NCBI GenBank assembly: GCA_040143965.1
Contig: JASJQH010006876.1
Location: 1 to 64,000, forward strand
Length of the DNA: 64,000 bases
Source: Basidiobolus ranarum
Taxonomy: Eukaryota
Direction: 5' to 3'
Of this stretch, positions 59,453 through 64,000 are shown one piece after another. The position numbers were made by a program, and so were the translations under genes. The stretch's first letter is position 1. Each line of letters starts with the position of its first letter. Under the pieces are notes generated by a model, which saw nothing but the letters and a program-made list of their open reading frames with translations, ran no database searches and had not been told where the DNA came from.

Positions 59453-62085
59453 CAGTTGTTTGAATTCCGCGCTCAAATCACCTCTTGCATTTTGATACTA
59501 CTATGACTATCTTCAATTTGATGTGGCATATTGTATTACGTGAATGAAACGCAACTCGAAGAGAATAGACGTTTATATTCATTCAACCCTTTCTAGAATT
59601 ATTGCCCTCGAACATCACCACGGCTATTAAATGGGTCACATTTGGTCGGTTCGAAGTTATTTGCTTTATTTTTCCGATATCCTTCTCGGTGGCGATAGAA
59701 ACTTCATAGATATATGCAAAGAAGCTACCTCACAGTTGGCTTACATAATAAAACATCAACAACTCCCTCAATATATCAGGACAATCATTTTTCTTTGCGT
59801 CAATTCTCCGGCTTCCATGTTGTAATGGATTGGATATTAAAAAACCTCTTAGATTTAATAATATTGATCTCTTTCACTCCAAATCAAATGAGACAAATAT
59901 TTAATATTGAGAGTGTCACATTAATTTCAAACGTTTTATATGAATACTAATCATTTGATACTAACTAGAATATTGATCAAAAGCTTGTATTTATTGATCC
60001 AAAAAATGACAGTGGACATGACGTACTCCAAGAATATGGTGAACCATGTTTTACTATGACACATGCTTCATATGATTCGACATTAAACTCTGACAGCACA
60101 GGAGAATTTACATTTTTGGAGGATTGTTATCAGGATCGCGTGTTTCATGCTTGGCAATCCTGAAATAGCCCAAGTGGGTTACCACATTCTAACCAGTTAC
60201 ATCCCTAATGGTTTGTGCCGCACAGGGTACAGCTCAGATCGTTAAAATGAGTAATTACATCATCCAGGGAAGTCGGTAAACATATAGGAGAGACTTGGCC
60301 TATCATGTACCTCAAAGGCATGTGTTTCAACAGAAAGCGTGCATCAAGAGTTCCTCATAACTCCCTTCATACTCACAATTTATCGATTCTGCAGTGGATT
60401 TGAGAAAAGCAAATTGCGATTGACTTGCATAACCTGCATATCATTTACTTTCTACAGTGTGCATCTACTGTCATTATACTTAGACAGGTTAAAGTATTTC
60501 CAAGGATTCGGCATCAGGGTGGTGACTGTTCCACCATTATTGGATGGAATTTGGGATACTTTTATGTAAGCCCGCATTTCCCTTTTTGGGCGAAGGAGTG
60601 ATTATCGACTGAAGCAACTGGTACGTTTTAACACAATCATCTATAATGTTTGCAGGTTTCAGGACAAGCAATAACTTTTATGGATTTCAAATCACCAAGA
60701 TTTCCAATTAGGTTACAATCTTTCAGACCATCAGAATATATGGATCGAGCTTGCCTCACAACACTCGGAAATAAAATATCTCGCCAGATTTCAAATGATA
60801 GATAAAGTTTGCTTTATGCTGGATTAGGACAGCCAACTACATAACGGAGTGGCTGGCATTCAACAAATAAAAAGGTGTATTTGAGCTTACCTAAGCATTT
60901 TCATAATACTAGGCGCAGTTGTCTCATTTGAATCACACTCAACCAATCCACTTTTTAGCCGTCGACAAAAATATATAGGATCTGTTAGTTTGGTCACTGT
61001 AGATGGTTTCTTTTTATAAGGAATCCCATTGGTGATTTTACATGCCCATAGATAAACATATCCAAAATTCCAAGTCTATATTGCTCAAGTATATCCTACT
61101 TCTGCCAATTGTCTTCAACCTCATAAACAGTAACATAATATCGAAGAATTCTAGACTATTTTAAAGATAAATGACTCATTACTGCCCATCTTGGGCTTAC
61201 CTCTTCTACTGATATCTGCGGAAAATATTGATTGGTATGAATTTTGGGAGGTTGTAGCACTGAGGTTTCAAACAAGTACGTAATACAATGAAGGTATCAG
61301 GATTGGCTTTGGAAAAAAACATAAACGGAGAGAATAGTGTAAATTACAATCTGATCCCAAACTGGTTCCGAAATGTATCCATTCTGTTATAGATATAACT
61401 TGTCACTAAACAACTGCTAAAGGTGCATCTTCACGCTTCCAGTACCAGTGTTTATTTATTAATTCCTTACTTCTGTCGCTTCCTATTTATATTTTCATTG
61501 TATATTTAGATGGCCTTACTTCTCACTTCATTTCCACAAGAATGCTCTGGAAAATGTACAGCCATTCTTGCCAGAGATGGATCCGTTATGAGACCACATT
61601 TATTATTGCATGGAGTCGAATACTATTTCTATCGCATAGATTTCAAAAGCGCTCAAAGGCTTCACTAGATGATATTTGACAATAGTTACACATATAACCT
61701 TGACTAATTGCCCTGTAACCACAAATATGAATTTCGGATCTCAGTGATAATTCCAAAACTGCACAATACACTACAAATACATTCAGTCAATACTGGCTTT
61801 AAATACCTCTTATAAAGGTTCTAATAACCAGTTTTCTATTGTTATCCTGGCAAAAAAGTTACATGGATATTTTTAAACCTGTAAATGTGAATTTGTGATT
61901 CAGAAATAGCGTTAAAATTCAACAGTATTTAATTTGTGTATTAGGATTTAGACGTTTTGAATACTACAATTACAAAAGATAAGTATAAATGAGGTTTCGA
62001 TTAAAATGTTTACAATGGAGTGTAGTTCAATTGAATCAGTATATAAGAGTTCATAAAAGAAAATCACCTTCTAAAGCCTATTAGA

Positions 62086-63675
<1,590 letters not shown>

Positions 63676-64000
63676 TCTTGTAGAAGGAATATACTTTGGC
63701 AGTATCAACTACTATCTAACATCCAATATTCATTAGAAGGTGGTTTTTTATGGACAAAATTTAACAGATTTAGCAAGATCGATTCAATCTATGAATCTTT
63801 ACATACAATTATGGTATCGTAACAATAGTCTCTACCTTCCATAGGTATTTTGCTATCGTTCTCGAGTAGCGATAGCGAATCATGTTCGTTTCAGTTCTTC
63901 CCGACCACAACTCGTCAGAATCGAGAAAAAAATCAATTTTTATGGCTGGTCATGTGATAGATCATAGAAAAAAGGGTTCTTGGATACATGGACAACGGGA

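Noticed and set aside
63853-63877. Small hairpin GCTATCGTT...AGCGATAGC upstream of the sirtuin
   Set aside because: An isolated short stem with no ncRNA or terminal-repeat context.

Overview
Eukaryotic, AT-rich genomic DNA with many short GT-AG introns. The gene repertoire and intron style suggest an early-diverging fungus (Zoopagomycota/Mucoromycota-like; this is inference). Most of the window is ordinary housekeeping or regulatory genes: a Rax1-like RGS protein, a UBE2E-type E2, eIF2B-alpha, a bHLH factor, a LYR protein, squalene synthase, an alpha-arrestin, an enoyl-CoA isomerase, a PKA catalytic subunit, a Gfd2/QIP-like nuclease-fold protein, EBPL, a LIM-binding/SEUSS cofactor, a WC-2-like GATA factor and a sirtuin, plus a decayed actin pseudogene. 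The outstanding feature is a head-to-head pair of giant, intronless, paralogous genes (21307-32556 minus, 3749 aa; 33852-44636 plus, about 3594 aa). They encode probably secreted segmented coiled-coil proteins with a ~40-aa repeat nested in a ~160-aa super-repeat, shared head and tail motifs, and oppositely charged C-terminal tails. I propose them as a candidate two-component fibre or adhesive system that I do not recognise. Other notable items are a standalone AltMIEF1/L0R8F8-like LYR gene, a cluster of TCACATG (ICRE/E-box) sites upstream of the bHLH gene, and a three-exon gene missed by the ORF track. All protein identifications are from motif recognition, not database searches.
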